Source of the DNA: Callorhinchus milii
Taxonomy: Eukaryota
NCBI RefSeq assembly: GCF_018977255.1
Contig: NW_024705102.1
Location: 1-64,000, forward strand
DNA length: 64,000 nt
Direction: 5' to 3'
Part shown: one piece after another, positions 12,638 through 24,093 of the stretch
How the letters are laid out: each line of letters starts with the position of its first letter
Position numbering within the stretch: the first letter of the stretch is position 1
The notes under the pieces: generated by a model
The model's database searches: none
Told to the model about the DNA's origin: nothing
The model's input: the letters and a program-made list of their open reading frames with translations, nothing else
Position numbers and translations under genes: made by a program

Positions 12638-13539
12638 TCATGATTGAATCAGTTTCACCATTGGATTGAAAACATACGCCAACATTTTCCTCAACTCTTG
12701 TCTGAATTTTGTCTGTGTCACAGCATAAATACACGTGTTGGTGGCGCTGCTTAAAAGCTGAAACATGATTGCGGAGTGATACAGGACATAGACTGGGTCA
12801 TTATAAACTGTGTAAGAAGATTCAACTACTTGCCCATATATCACATATACAACATATGTCATCCAAAGTAAGACGAAACTGCCCGATATAGTGAACAGCA
12901 AAATAATGCACTTTTTCCTGTTCTCTATCTCTGAGTTATTGTTATTCACATTCTGCTTGCGGCTGAGAAGACGTCTGCGGATTCTGTTGGCCACAATAAT
13001 GTGTCTGATGGTTAGAACATTGAAGAGCAAAATAAGCAAATATGGAATAAATGGGATTAGAATGACATCTATCCAATTAAATGCTGTCCAAAGAGATGTA
13101 GTGTAGAAGGTTGCTTTTAGTTTACAGAACCATTGAACATTATTTATTATGACAAAAGCTTCATACGCAAAGTACCAGGGTATGTCGCTCAGACAGCTCA
13201 TTACCCACACAGTCCCTATAACTAAGTTTGCCGTTCTCTCGGTGCAATAATGTCGTTTCAGTTTCTCACAGGAAATAGTCACGAAGCGTTCAAAAGTGAA
13301 AGCGACTGTTAACCAGACAGAGCTGTCAGCAGCAGCAGAAATCAGAAAGGTCCCGAAAGCACATACAGGCGTCAAATCCAGAAATCCCACAGGAAAATAC
13401 AGAAAATTAATCCGAGTTAACACCACATCACTGATAACCACCAGCAGATCCGCCATTGCCATGGCAATCAGGTAACGAGTGACACAGGAGGAGAGGCCAC
13501 ATTTTCCCCGGGACAGGATCACAATCGCTAGTAAGTTAC
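12638..13539 (-). CDS. GPCR-1 exon 2: GPR139/GPR142-like class A GPCR (TM1-TM7), intact; spliced protein 334 aa
   Basis: Acceptor ttctgcag|; reads GNLLAIVILSRGKCGLS..YLIAMAMADLLV..AFTFERFVTISC..WFC..SFVLLWMTY..SSATNTCIYAVTQTKFRQEL; 103+902 nt = 335 codons including stop. Confidence 0.93.
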
Positions 13540-14424
13540 CTGCAGAATGATAATCACTGATCAGACACCACATTATTTCTCGCCCTTAAACATGCTGAAA
13601 TTCATCTAAACTGTATTGAGAATGCTGCATGTACACGTACCGTAGAATAAACACTGTCTTGCTGCAAGACAAACAGCTCAGTATCAGTCACACATTGCTT
13701 ATCAAAAGCTTGGAGACACCAGAGTATTGTTGCTGTATTACTTGAGTTGAATCAATTTAAACAGGCCATAGCTTTTCCCATGCGAGCCTTGACTGCTGTG
13801 ATATCTATTGCTGGTCCAATTGGGACTTTATTTGTGGCTTTCGCTCAGCTGTAAATGGCCCGAGTGGGAAATATCCCTGACCCTCCTTAATTCGCTGCTG
13901 ATGATTACGTTCTGTATTACTGCAAAGCCACGTGGCTCAGGAATATGACAGGGTTTGAACACTGCCGCAAAGGGTTGACTTGATTGCGACAACCTGTTGA
14001 TAAACATGTCCTCTTGGAGCCAATTCAGCTTCAAGGAACGTGTTTACCTTCCCCAAAGCAGAAATAGCAAACTGATCATTTGACATCCAACAAGTTTAAG
14101 CTTCAGCGCTCAATAGAAAGGTGGCAATCACTGGAAATACATCAAAGCTTTACCCACATCTTGCTACGCTCATCTGAAACACACGCATTTAAACATTCTG
14201 CTACCAGTTGGAAGTGCGGAGCTTCAGCATCAGTTGCTTATCTTGACAGTTGGAAATTAAAGGGCTAAGAGTGAAGTTAAATAACTAGCCATTCCCTAAA
14301 CATCATGTCTATTAGTTAAATTGCTGACACATTACTGGGTTTACAACTTTGTAGTGGAATCGATCAGGCAGAAATATTGGAGGTAAACTATGCAATGTTT
14401 ATTAACACATTAATTGTGCGAATC

Positions 14425-14580
14425 GTGTCAACGTGGCTCAGTTATGTGCACTCCTGACTCTCATTCTGAGATAGTGGGATGAAGTCCAGGCAAGACTTCC
14501 AACACACAGTCCAGGCTGACACTCCAATACAGTGAGCACTGCATTGTCAGGAGATCTGCTCTTCAGACAGTAAGTTGAGT
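14425..14580 (+). mobile_element. Old DeuSINE-type SINE 5' part in the GPCR-1 intron
   Basis: gtggctcagt.. tRNA-like head followed by ccaggctgacactccaatacagt...ctgcattgtcaggag, resembling the start of the Deu domain. Confidence 0.55.
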
Positions 14581-14746
14581 TCCAGTTGTGCTCGGTAATA
14601 TTTTACTGAATATGGAACGCACCTCTGAATCAAGTTGCAGTCAAACTGAATATGATGAATCAGATTTGTTAAATTGTCATATTTGTATTAAAATAAGTGA
14701 GCAGTAAAATCCGAGTCAAAGAACAACAACCTATCTGATGACTTAC

Positions 14747-14849
14747 CAAGCCCACCAACGATTGCAAGAATCGGGTAGAAAATGTACATAATCTGGAAAA
14801 TGATTTCTTTCTGATACACCTTTTCTGAGAAGCTGTGATATTTGTTCAT
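14747..14849 (-). CDS. GPCR-1 exon 1 (N-terminus and start of TM1)
   Basis: ATG MNKYHSFSEKVYQKEIIFQIMYIFYPILAIVGGL G|gtaagt; phase-1 donor joins exon 2 in frame. Confidence 0.9.
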
Positions 14850-14898
14850 TATAACGGAACTGATGTGGACAGGCACTAATGCATTGACTGAAGCGTCA

Positions 14899-14919
14899 TT
14901 TATACAATGGGGAAAGCCC
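14899..14919 (-). promoter_or_regulatory. GPCR-1 core promoter: kB-like GGGCTTTCCCC followed by TATAAA
   Basis: Minus strand cactgggctttccccattgtataaat, ~50 nt upstream of the ATG. Confidence 0.6.
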
Positions 14920-15049
14920 AGTGAGCCGAAAAGACCTGTTGAGCTTCACATCACTCACAGTCAATGGAACAAACACATTACGATATTCGCCAAAAATAGA
15001 TATTCCCATGTGAACACGTAATAACTCTCTTGGAAAATCTAATTAGATT

Positions 15050-15640
15050 TACACAGTAGGTACAGCATGGAAGGAGCCATTCGGCCCAACAATTTCTCTT
15101 GAATTTCTAATTCTTTCATCGCCTATGTGATATCTCATGTATCTCGTGTCCACATTTCATCCTAACAACCATGAAAATACATATATTTTTAGCCAATTCT
15201 GAAGACATGCCCATGTCTTACACTGCCCACAGTTTTTAAATTATACTTTCATGAGGTAGTTTGTCAAATGCCGTTTGAAAGTAAAAACACGTTCCATCAA
15301 ACGGCTTCTCACAGTCAGATAAGGCTGCCAACTACTCAGAATACATAAGACTCATCAGACCAGATCCAGCCTTTCTGAACCAATTTTTACAGTCCTTTAT
15401 CAGATTAATTAACAGATAATTTTCCACTTGCTGTCCAATGATTGGCTCTATACTTGTACTAATTTCCGAATTCAGACTAATGGTTCTACAGTTGTCAGAT
15501 TGAGCCATGTCACTTTTCTTAGATATGATTGTGTCACAACATAAGTAAGTATAGATGAAAAAAAGACTAGGGTCCATCCAGTTTTGCATTCCACTTTCCT
15601 TTCGATTGCATACACGTTTGTCAAAATCTACCATGTACCA
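15050..15640 (-). mobile_element. Degraded CR1 fragments
   Basis: CR1 terminal motif ggagccattcggccc at ~15073; RT-like ..NCRTISL.S..IIGQQVENYL..LIKD..FRKAGS.L in ORF 15332-15634. Confidence 0.6.
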
Positions 15641-15867
15641 TATACCATAATGTTATTTACCAAAAAGAAAACTCTGTAATCTGCGTTTAAAGAAATTAAC
15701 ATTTCTTGCGTCAAACTTCTCCCGAGAGAACACGTTCAACAGATTACGAATTTGCTCAAAGAAATAGTGCTTCCGAAGTTCGTTCTGAATCTATGGAAGT
15801 AGACCATTTGCTGCAACTGCTCTGATGGAAGGTTTGGAAACCAGATTAACTCCCTTACAATCAAAAC

Positions 15868-16025
15868 GCAGCATCTGCGGAGAAAGGAATGTGAGTCAAC
15901 GTATCGGGGACATGTGCTGAAACGTTCTGGTGAAGGGTCGTGGTCCCGAAACATTGGCTCACGTTCCTTTCTGCATAGATGGTGCCTCAACTCTTGAGTG
16001 TTCCCAGCGACTTCGGTTTTTCTTT
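15868..16025 (+). mobile_element. Penelope-like element terminal-repeat relic: palindrome with degenerate hammerhead core
   Basis: 41-bp imperfect inverted repeat (15868-15908 / 15945-15985); CTGGTGA at 15927 and GAAAC at 15948. Confidence 0.6.
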
Positions 16026-16499
16026 ATGTCTCCGTCATACTGTCTCTCAGTGTTGCACAAATATCCTGCCATATCTGCCTACGTACATTGGCGTACAGAT
16101 CAGTTGACCCGAAGATTTGTTGGTTTTATGATCCTTGAAGCTATCCAGAATCTGTTGCTGATTTTCTGAAATTCAATCAATGATTGCTGGACGTTGGAAT
16201 TGCAGTCACAGTAGAGATTCCTAACTGATGTCTGTGGTAATATTTCATCAAGCTCCACCAAGACTGGCAAGAAGAAGAGCTACAATAATTGATATTTTTT
16301 TTTAATGTTGCTCTTCAGAAGGCGATGTCGGAGCGCTATTAATCTACGACATCACATGTGAACGTTTTCATCGTCAACAAAGTGAAACACGGATGAGTCT
16401 GATCTGCATCATTCGTATAATCGCCCAAGTAATACAACTGCCCAAGTCATGTTAAATTTCCTATTACATCCACTTAAAAGCATCTGCACTAATTGACCT

Positions 16500-17765
16500 A
16501 CCAATCGCACAACTCATAATGCCACTACCGCACTTGCAACCACCCACTTGCCACTATCTCACTTGCGCCTATCACTCTTGTCATTACCACACTTGCCGCC
16601 ACCACACTTTCCACTACCTCACTTGCCACTATCACACTTACCACTATAAGACTTGCCACTACCACAATTGCCAGTACCTCACTTCCCACTACCATCCTTG
16701 ACGCTAAAGAGTCCTGCACCTAAATGGTTAGATCACTCGATTTGTATGCGAGACACCTGGTTTCAATTCCAGGCAGGGCGAAATCAAGGGGAAGTTTAAC
16801 TATTCCACACGACTAATAATAATCCCTCCAAAATAAAACAATAACAGATTGGTCATTTTCAATCCACGACAGTTTGTTGGACACTCATTGTTGTATGCAA
16901 TTGGCTGCCGCTTTTCGCCCACAAAGATAGACAATTCACTTTTCAGCATATTCTGTGAAGCGCTTTGAGACTTTTAGATGATGTGAAACGTGCTATATGA
17001 AATGCCAATATTATTAACATTGTTGTTATTACCACACTTGCCACTACCTCACTTGGCAATACCTCACTTGCCACTAACTCACTTAGCACTGCCTCACTTG
17101 AGGTACCTGTTACTACCGCACTTGCCACTATGACTCTTACCACTATCAAACTTGCCACTACCACTATTGCCTCTACCGCACTGGCAATTAATAATTTGCT
17201 ACTACCACACTCGCCACTACCAAACCTGCCACTAACTCGCTTGCCACTACCGCACTTGCCACATTCACAAATGCCACTACTGCACTTGCCTCTACTGCAT
17301 TGGCCAATGTCAATTTTGCCACTGCCAATCTTGCTAGAAGCTCACTTTCCATCAACACACGTGCCTCTACTGCACTTGACACTACCACACTTGCCACATC
17401 CACATTGGCTGCTGCTGCACTTGCTATGAACAAACTTACCACGGCCCCGCATTTTGCACGAAAACAATGTTGACTGCCACACTTGCCAACACCGCACTTG
17501 CTTATTACCACAATGGCCTCTACCGCACTTGCCTGCTGCACATGCCACTAGCAAACTAGCCCGAATCCTGACCAAACTACTGAATTTGTCACTATTGCAA
17601 TTGCCATAACCAAACTTGCCACAACCACAATTGCAAATGCTACTCTTGCGACGACCAAACTTGCCAGTGCCACCTTGCCACGAGCACATTTGCCACTACC
17701 GCACTTACGACAACTGCACTTTCCAACAGGCAAATGCCACTACCGCACTTGCCACTGCCACTATA
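16500..17765 (+). repeat. 15-bp minisatellite (ccactaccgcacttg)n interrupted by a SINE
   Basis: Many tandem cacttgccactac units at 16520-16700 and 17030-17765. Confidence 0.9.
16708..17025 (+). mobile_element. Degenerate tRNA-derived SINE
   Basis: Aligns head to tail with the 22051-22396 copy (caattccaggcagggcgaaa; aattggctgccgc; gtgaagcgctttgagac). Confidence 0.85.
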
Positions 17766-18662
17766 TTCAGCTTTTGGAAGAAAGATTTGCAAAGGTCGCA
17801 AAGCAGGCATTTGTTGCAGGCGAGTCTGGATGTAATAAATTCGTGGATGAGGCAGCGCTGGATCCTCGATACTGTTATTTCTGTACAAACTATTTTTTTC
17901 TGCACAATATTTTGTTTTCAGGTTTTGGCAAATAATTGAAACACGAATCAAAGACCGGTTAATCAGACAGAAATTGTGAATGCGGGAGAAAACCCAACAA
18001 TTGCGGTCGACTCACAGAAATAATGGACATTAATAAATTTGGATGACAGCGCCATGCGGCAGACGCAGAAATAGAGATACAGACAGTTAGAGAATGAGGC
18101 ATATACAGGGCCACAGGTAGAGACAGGTACACAGGGAGACTCAGAGAAAGGTACACTCAGACGTACAAACATACTCACCAATGCATAAACAGAAACAGAA
18201 GCAAAGAGAGACAAATTCGGGGACAAACAGAGAGATAAAGACGACAGCAAGAGGGAGAGAGAGAATTTCAGCCGTTTCCCAAATTGGATCTTCATCCCAT
18301 AGGCATCTGACTCGGAGTCGACAGTGTTGCCCCTGCGCCAACCTGAACATTTGGTGCATTGTATTTCAAACGCCAATTTATATCACAATGTATGGAGTGA
18401 GGGAGTTCGCTTTGGAATTGTCCAGTTCGCCCACAAAATATACAATCAATTCAGTACATTATATTCTATGAAGGGGTTCTGAGACGCCTGAAAGCTGCAG
18501 TAAGTTGCTACATGACATGCTAGTATTACTGTTGCGGGATTTTGTTCCCTGCTGAAAGCATTTTCTGAAAAGTTGATTATTATACAGCAGTACCTCAGCA
18601 AACAAAAATGGGTTCCAAAAACATTGATACTTGGCGTCCTCAACACAATTCTCTCCAGAATT

Positions 18663-18767
18663 AAAAACAAAAACAGAGTAAGCTGGGAAATTTCAACAGG
18701 TAAGGCAGCATCTATGGAGAATGGAAAGTGAGTCAAGGTTTCGGGTCCAAAAATCTTTGTCAGAACT
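18663..18767 (-). mobile_element. Second Penelope-like terminal-repeat relic with degenerate hammerhead core
   Basis: Minus strand ctgacaaag..ggacccgaaaccttgactcactttccattctccatagatgctgcc matches 15927-16020. Confidence 0.6.
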
Positions 18768-18899
18768 GCGTCAAAAGCAAATGAATGCACAAGGACAGAG
18801 AGAAGTTGTCAATACAATTGTCATTGGGTACACAACCTTCAATAGAATAGAAAGACGTTTCTGTTTTCTTTGCACACGATCCGGATTCAGCCAAAGCCA

Positions 18900-20592
18900 G
18901 AATATCGGAGGAGAGGGCAGAGAAATTGGATTCAACAAGAATAAACCGAGACTAGATACTAAAAACTTTTATTGTGCTCAAAGTCGGTAAGTCATCTTGT
19001 CCGGACCGGATGCATTCTTGGTTATTGAGGGAAGCAATGTTGGAAATAATGTTGGCTCCGCCAACAATTTTTCAATCCCTCATGGACACTGCGTTTGTGC
19101 CAGATTTGCAAAAATTACTCCCCTGTAGAGAAATGGGCAAAAGCATAAACCTGGGAGCTATAGGACAGTCAGCCTGACGAAAGTAGTGTGGAGATATCCG
19201 GAGACTGTAATCCGCGACAAAAAACAATTTCTTCGAAAAATATGGGTTAATGAAGTATAACCCACACGGATTTCTTGAATGTAAATCACAATTAACAAAC
19301 CTGATCGAATTGTTTCAATGAAGTAACGGAGATTGTGGAACAAGGTTATGCAGTTGGCGAAGTTTTGATGGATTCTCAAAAGGCGCTTCACAACGTGCCA
19401 TATAAGAGCTTGTCGGCAAAATAGAGGTCAATGGTATTAAAGGGACAGTGAGAGTATGGATACTGATTTGTTTGGGAGACAAACCGAAGCGAGTTGTCGT
19501 GACGGTTGCTTTTCTGACTGAAGGGAATTGTGCAGTTGTTTCCCCAGGGGTCAGCATTAGGACCGCTACTGTTCTGGATCTAAATAAATGACTTGGGCTT
19601 GGGCACAGGGAGTAGAACTTCAAAGCTCAACGATGATATTAAGCTCGGGAAAGTAGTAGAGCGTGAGGAGTATGTTAGTAGAATACAAGGCGACACAGAC
19701 AGACTGGAAAAACGCGTAGACACATGGCTGATGAAGTTTAATGTGAAGAAATGCGAAATGATGCATTTTTGGAGCAAGAATGAAAAGAGGCAATAAAAGC
19801 TAGATCATAGAAGCTTAAAGTGTGAACGAACATAGATACCCGGTGTTTCGTATAGGTAAATCGTTTAAGTCAGCAGTACAGGCTGATGAAGCTGGTAAGA
19901 AGGATATCGGAAACTAGACTTTATAAATGGCGACATAGGGTACAAAATTTAATAAGGTGAGATGAATCTTTATAAAACCCTGGACCCTGACATCAGCGAG
20001 CGTACTTTGTTCAGTTTTGGGCACGACATTTCCGAAGGATGTCAAGGCATTGGATAAGAAGCAAAGGAAATTTACCAGGACGGATCCAGGAATGAGGGAA
20101 TTGAGTTATCAGGAGAGGCTGGAGAATCTAAGATTATTCGCCTGGAGCAGAGCTAGATAAGAGGAGACTAAGTACAATTTTTCAATATTATGAAGGGATT
20201 GGAGAGGGTGAACAAAGAGAGAATATTTCTAACGGGGGTTTGGGAGTGTGTGGAGCTCGAGTGTTTGTGTGGCGGTGGATTGGGGGGCGTGTGTCGGTAA
20301 TCCAAGGACATCGATTTAAAATTATGGTTCAAATAAACAGAAGGCGGTGAAGAGAAATGGTTTCACACAGCGAGTTTTTCGGATCCGGAAAGCATTGCCT
20401 GAAGTGATGGTGGAAACTGATTGGATAACTACTTTGAAGGGATAGGTAGAGAACTTTTAGGGAGGACAGTTTCCTGGGCAATGGAATGGGTGGGGTGGTG
20501 GGAATTGTTTGGATAGCTCGTTTCAAACAGCTGACACAGACAAAATAGGCCGAAAGGCCTCCTTCCGTGGAGTATAATTCTATGATTCTATG
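18900..20592 (+). mobile_element. 5'-truncated, degraded CR1 LINE (RT to 3' end)
   Basis: PDRMHSWLLRE; ..PQGSALGPLLF.I.INDL; DDIKLG..V....IQGD.DRL..WLMKFNVKKCEMMHF; terminal ggccgaaaggcctcct..attctatgattctatga. Confidence 0.9.
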
Positions 20593-22050
20593 AGTCAATG
20601 AATTTTCATAGAAGCCATTCACCTACAACATATGCTGCTAAAATATTATCAAATCTCGTTTCTTCCATTAAGTCATTGCACAAACCGAGATTCAGAATTT
20701 ACCCTCAAGAAAAATATATGGAACTATCAGGGTGAGGCAAAATTTGACGAAGGAAGAAGGTTCGAAGATTCTCAGTCCATGTTTATATTGCTTATATTTA
20801 ACAAGTTATACAAGATTGGCTTTACAAACGTGCATGACATTGCAGTTCATGCCGGTAGTGTAGACAATGCTGACCATGATCACAGTTCGGTTAATAAAAA
20901 TAACAACAACTTGCAATTATATTGCACACCTTATGCACGGTAGCACCACAGAGTGATTAATGATGTCGAGCCTGGGGGAGGGGGAAAGTGACTCTAGGCA
21001 TTGTCGAAGAGGACGCTCTTCAGACTCGACCTGAAAATAGAGAAGAAAGGTGGCGGGAGAGAGGAAGAATGCTCTTGAATTTCGGAGACGAGTGGCTGAA
21101 ATTGCAGCCATCAGCGATAGGTACCAGAGCGCCATCGAAGAGATTCATGAGCATATGAGTTCTGCAGTCAAAGATCTAATACTGAGCCAATTCTCCTTCC
21201 CAATCTGAATGCTGGTAAATAATTCGGATGTTTCAGCATCATGTTTCTGCCAATGAGGGAATGGTCAAAACTTCGATCCTTCCCCAGTTTGTTCCGTTAC
21301 CTGATGATATGTTGCCCAAAGGTTGGTCTAAACCTTTGCTCACCAGAAGCTCACTCTTGGTCAGTTGCTTTTCAAATATAATAATAGACAAATGCCCACT
21401 ATCCGCTGCAACGTGTGCAGAGTGCTTTTGGGACTTTGTTCTTAAACTGGAATGGTCACCACCGCAACGAGGTGGATCAATTCTCAGATATACTAAACTA
21501 TCAGTTTTATTTGTAGCACCCAAAATAGCAGTGTTGCATCATTCTGTAGTAAAGGCGGCAGCAAAAACCAACATTAGAGATGTTGGAGTATTTAGCAAGG
21601 CCCAGCTGGGGCTTAAACCCAGTATCTCTTTGGTCTTAACTGCACTCTATATATTTATACCGGATTCTTGGTTATTCCAAAGTAAAGTCCAGTCACATAT
21701 GGCATACAATCTTCAGCATTTAACATCCCTGAGAACCTGGTAGCTCCTATAAACGTGAATTGACTAAAAAGGTTAAAGTTCATAGACCTTATGGATGGGA
21801 ATTGTTTACCAGGTATGTTTAGGCTGGCAGATCCCTGAAAAAGATTCCAAACCAACATGTTGTCCTCCACTTGTTCTTATCAGAAGGCCGTTTCTGGTAA
21901 ACTATGAAATAATTGTTAAACAAGCTGTATGCACCTCGATATTCACATCAAGAATAACTGGTATCAAATAAACCAGCAAACGTGACATCTCACAATAATA
22001 TAATAACATAAGAACCTAAGAAATGCTAAGAGAAAGACGGAAGGAGATTT

Positions 22051-22358
22051 GTGGAGTCCTGTAGCTCAGTGGTTAGAGCACTCGCTTTGCAAGCGAGAGA
22101 CCTGAGTTCAATTCCAGGCAGGGCGAAACCTTGGGCAAGTTTCCTTACTCCACACGCCTAATAATAATCCCTTCAAAAAACAAAACAATAATAAAAAAAA
22201 ATGGTCATTTTCAATCTACGACTGTTTGTGGGACATTGCTGTGCGCAATTGGCTGCCGCGTTCGCCCACAAATATAAAGTCAATTCACTTTACAGTGTGT
22301 TCTGTGAAGCGCTTTGGGACGTCCTCCCGACGTGAAAAGCGCTATATCAAATGCAAGG

Positions 22359-22396
<38 letters not shown>
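22051..22396 (+). mobile_element. Young full-length tRNA(Ala)-derived SINE with DeuSINE/AmnSINE-type body and L2-type tail
   Basis: A box tagctcagtgg, TGC anticodon-like loop, B box gagttcaattcc; ctgtttgtgggacattgctgtgcgcaattggctgccgcg; tail aagcgctttgggacgtcctcccgacgtgaaaagcgctatatcaaatgcaagg(att)n. Confidence 0.92.
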
Positions 22397-22529
22397 CCAT
22401 CTTGTTCATGTTACACTTTCCTGGCGGTCACACGTACATTTGACAATAACGGCCTGTGTAATATATCCCGTAATACTATTGCCTGAAACAAAACTGTCTC
22501 ATCTGTGTTTGATGGGATCATAATGTTCA

Positions 22530-22900
22530 ACGTCATCTGTCTCCTGACGCCCTGCCAAACCGCCCGTTCACTCCTCTGAGCCGACTCTGGCTGCTCCACC
22601 TTCCCCGACCAACCCGCCCCACCATCACGAGAGACCTTCAGCCACTCTGCCCCCAGCCTCTGTATCTCCATCACCCCAGTCACTGCGCCTCGCCCCTCCT
22701 TAGCCTCCTTCAAGTCCCGCCTCAAGACCCTTCACCTTGACCATGCCATCGGCCGTCCCTCGTTACCTTCTTCCCTTTAGCGCATCCCCAAGCCCACCCC
22801 CTCCCAACTCCGACAAAACTAGTGGCTGAACACTATTGCGCTTTGGACGTCTTCCGACGTGAAATGCAATTGTAATCGTGCTGTTGTTCTTGATGCTGTT
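22530..22900 (+). mobile_element. L2 3' fragment
   Basis: Homologous to 62460-62820, ending in gcgctttggacgtcttccgacgtgaaa and ttg repeats. Confidence 0.75.
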
Positions 22901-23906
22901 GTCCCAATAGGGAGTCGGATCCACAGGTTTGCTGTTCGCTCACTGAGTTAGTGTTTCAGTAGATTGATTCTGAATTCACCCCACTTCATTCGCAGGACGT
23001 GTCGTCTATTTACATCATTCTGTACTATTTGTAATAGGGTGGCATGATTTAAATTGTTTAGCTACTTTTGAACCGTAAAGTCAATCATATCGCCACTCAA
23101 TATTCTCGTTTCCAGTGGGAAGATTCCAAATCACTGTCAAATCAAAGATGCAAATAGATAGAGCTGTTTTTTTCCAACAAACCAGATGTTATACTAATCG
23201 AAAAAGTGATTGTACATGTAACATTATTTATAAGATAAGCAACTTGAACAGATCAGGAAAAATGGGATCTATCAATTAACCGCAGACTTATATAGCAATG
23301 TAATAGAAACATATTTCCTATAAGATTGAGGATAATAGACCACATCTATGGGAATAGCTCAACCTCAGTGTTTAGTCTGGACAAGCATCGTATCCAAATA
23401 TTTGAAACTGGACTGTGAAACTGAAATGATTGGGTTGTTCACGCTGGAAACTGGAATTGTTAATAGACTGTGGAAATCGATAGCGTGTAATAATCGTTGC
23501 TTGGCATCAAACAGCACCGATGTCTTGTTCATCCGGTTCTGGCCTCCTCCTTGTCCCCCGCTCCACACCCTATGGCTGTGCCTTGAGACACTATGCCCCG
23601 AGGCTCTGGAACTGCCTTCCTCACTCCCTTCTTTTCGATCCCTCCTTTAACTTCTTCAGGTCTCTGGTGAAGACCTTTCATTTCGAGCGCGCCTTTGGTC
23701 ACTCTCACGCACCAACGCCTCCCTTCCCACCCCGTAAAATGCATAGGGTCATTGCCAACTTTTTTCTTTTTTCTCACACAGCCCCTATTACGAACTCACA
23801 AAAACATGTACTATTCCCTCTTGATATTCTTTAGCAGCTGTCTTTAATTATTTGTTGATTCGACTACAATCATTATCAGCGATAACACCACCTGTCACGT
23901 TCACTG

Positions 23907-23929
23907 GGGAAATTCCTCTGCTATATAAA
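23907..23929 (+). promoter_or_regulatory. GPCR-2 core promoter: canonical NF-kB site GGGAAATTCC plus TATATAAA
   Basis: cactGGGGAAATTCCtctgcTATATAAAt, ~85-105 nt upstream of ATG 24012. Confidence 0.7.
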
Positions 23930-24011
23930 TACTTCTTTGAAAGTGTCATCCAACAATTGAAGACAAAGCGTTTGTGATCAACACAAAAACTCTGTATCGT
24001 TCTCAACAAAA

Positions 24012-24093
24012 ATGAACGTAGTTATATTGGCTGATATACTTAATCAGATAGAAACGATATGTTACCCAATCATTGCCGGTATTGGCATTCCAG
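24012..24093 (+). CDS. GPCR-2 exon 1
   Basis: MNVVILADILNQIETICYPIIAGIGIP G|gtaagt; 82 nt, phase 1. Confidence 0.9.

Noticed and set aside
12638-14849. Assigning the symbol GPR139
   Set aside because: Several divergent paralogues with NTCIY-type TM7; these look like lineage-expanded GPR139/142-like receptors, and orthology cannot be established by eye.
16519-17939. His/Cys- or Val/Ala-rich repetitive ORFs
   Set aside because: Artefacts of the 15-bp tandem repeat; no splice or start context.
21228-21870. ORFs of 171 aa (+) and 94 aa (-) in the duplicated arm; faint GIY-YIG-like pattern on the minus strand
   Set aside because: No convincing domain, and the frames are not preserved in the duplicate at ~56940-57340; probably an old unclassified repeat.
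22053-22125. tRNA-Ala(TGC) gene (also 29284-29356)
   Set aside because: Acceptor stem is imperfect and the sequence continues directly into the SINE body and (ATT)n tail; it is a SINE head, not a tRNA gene.
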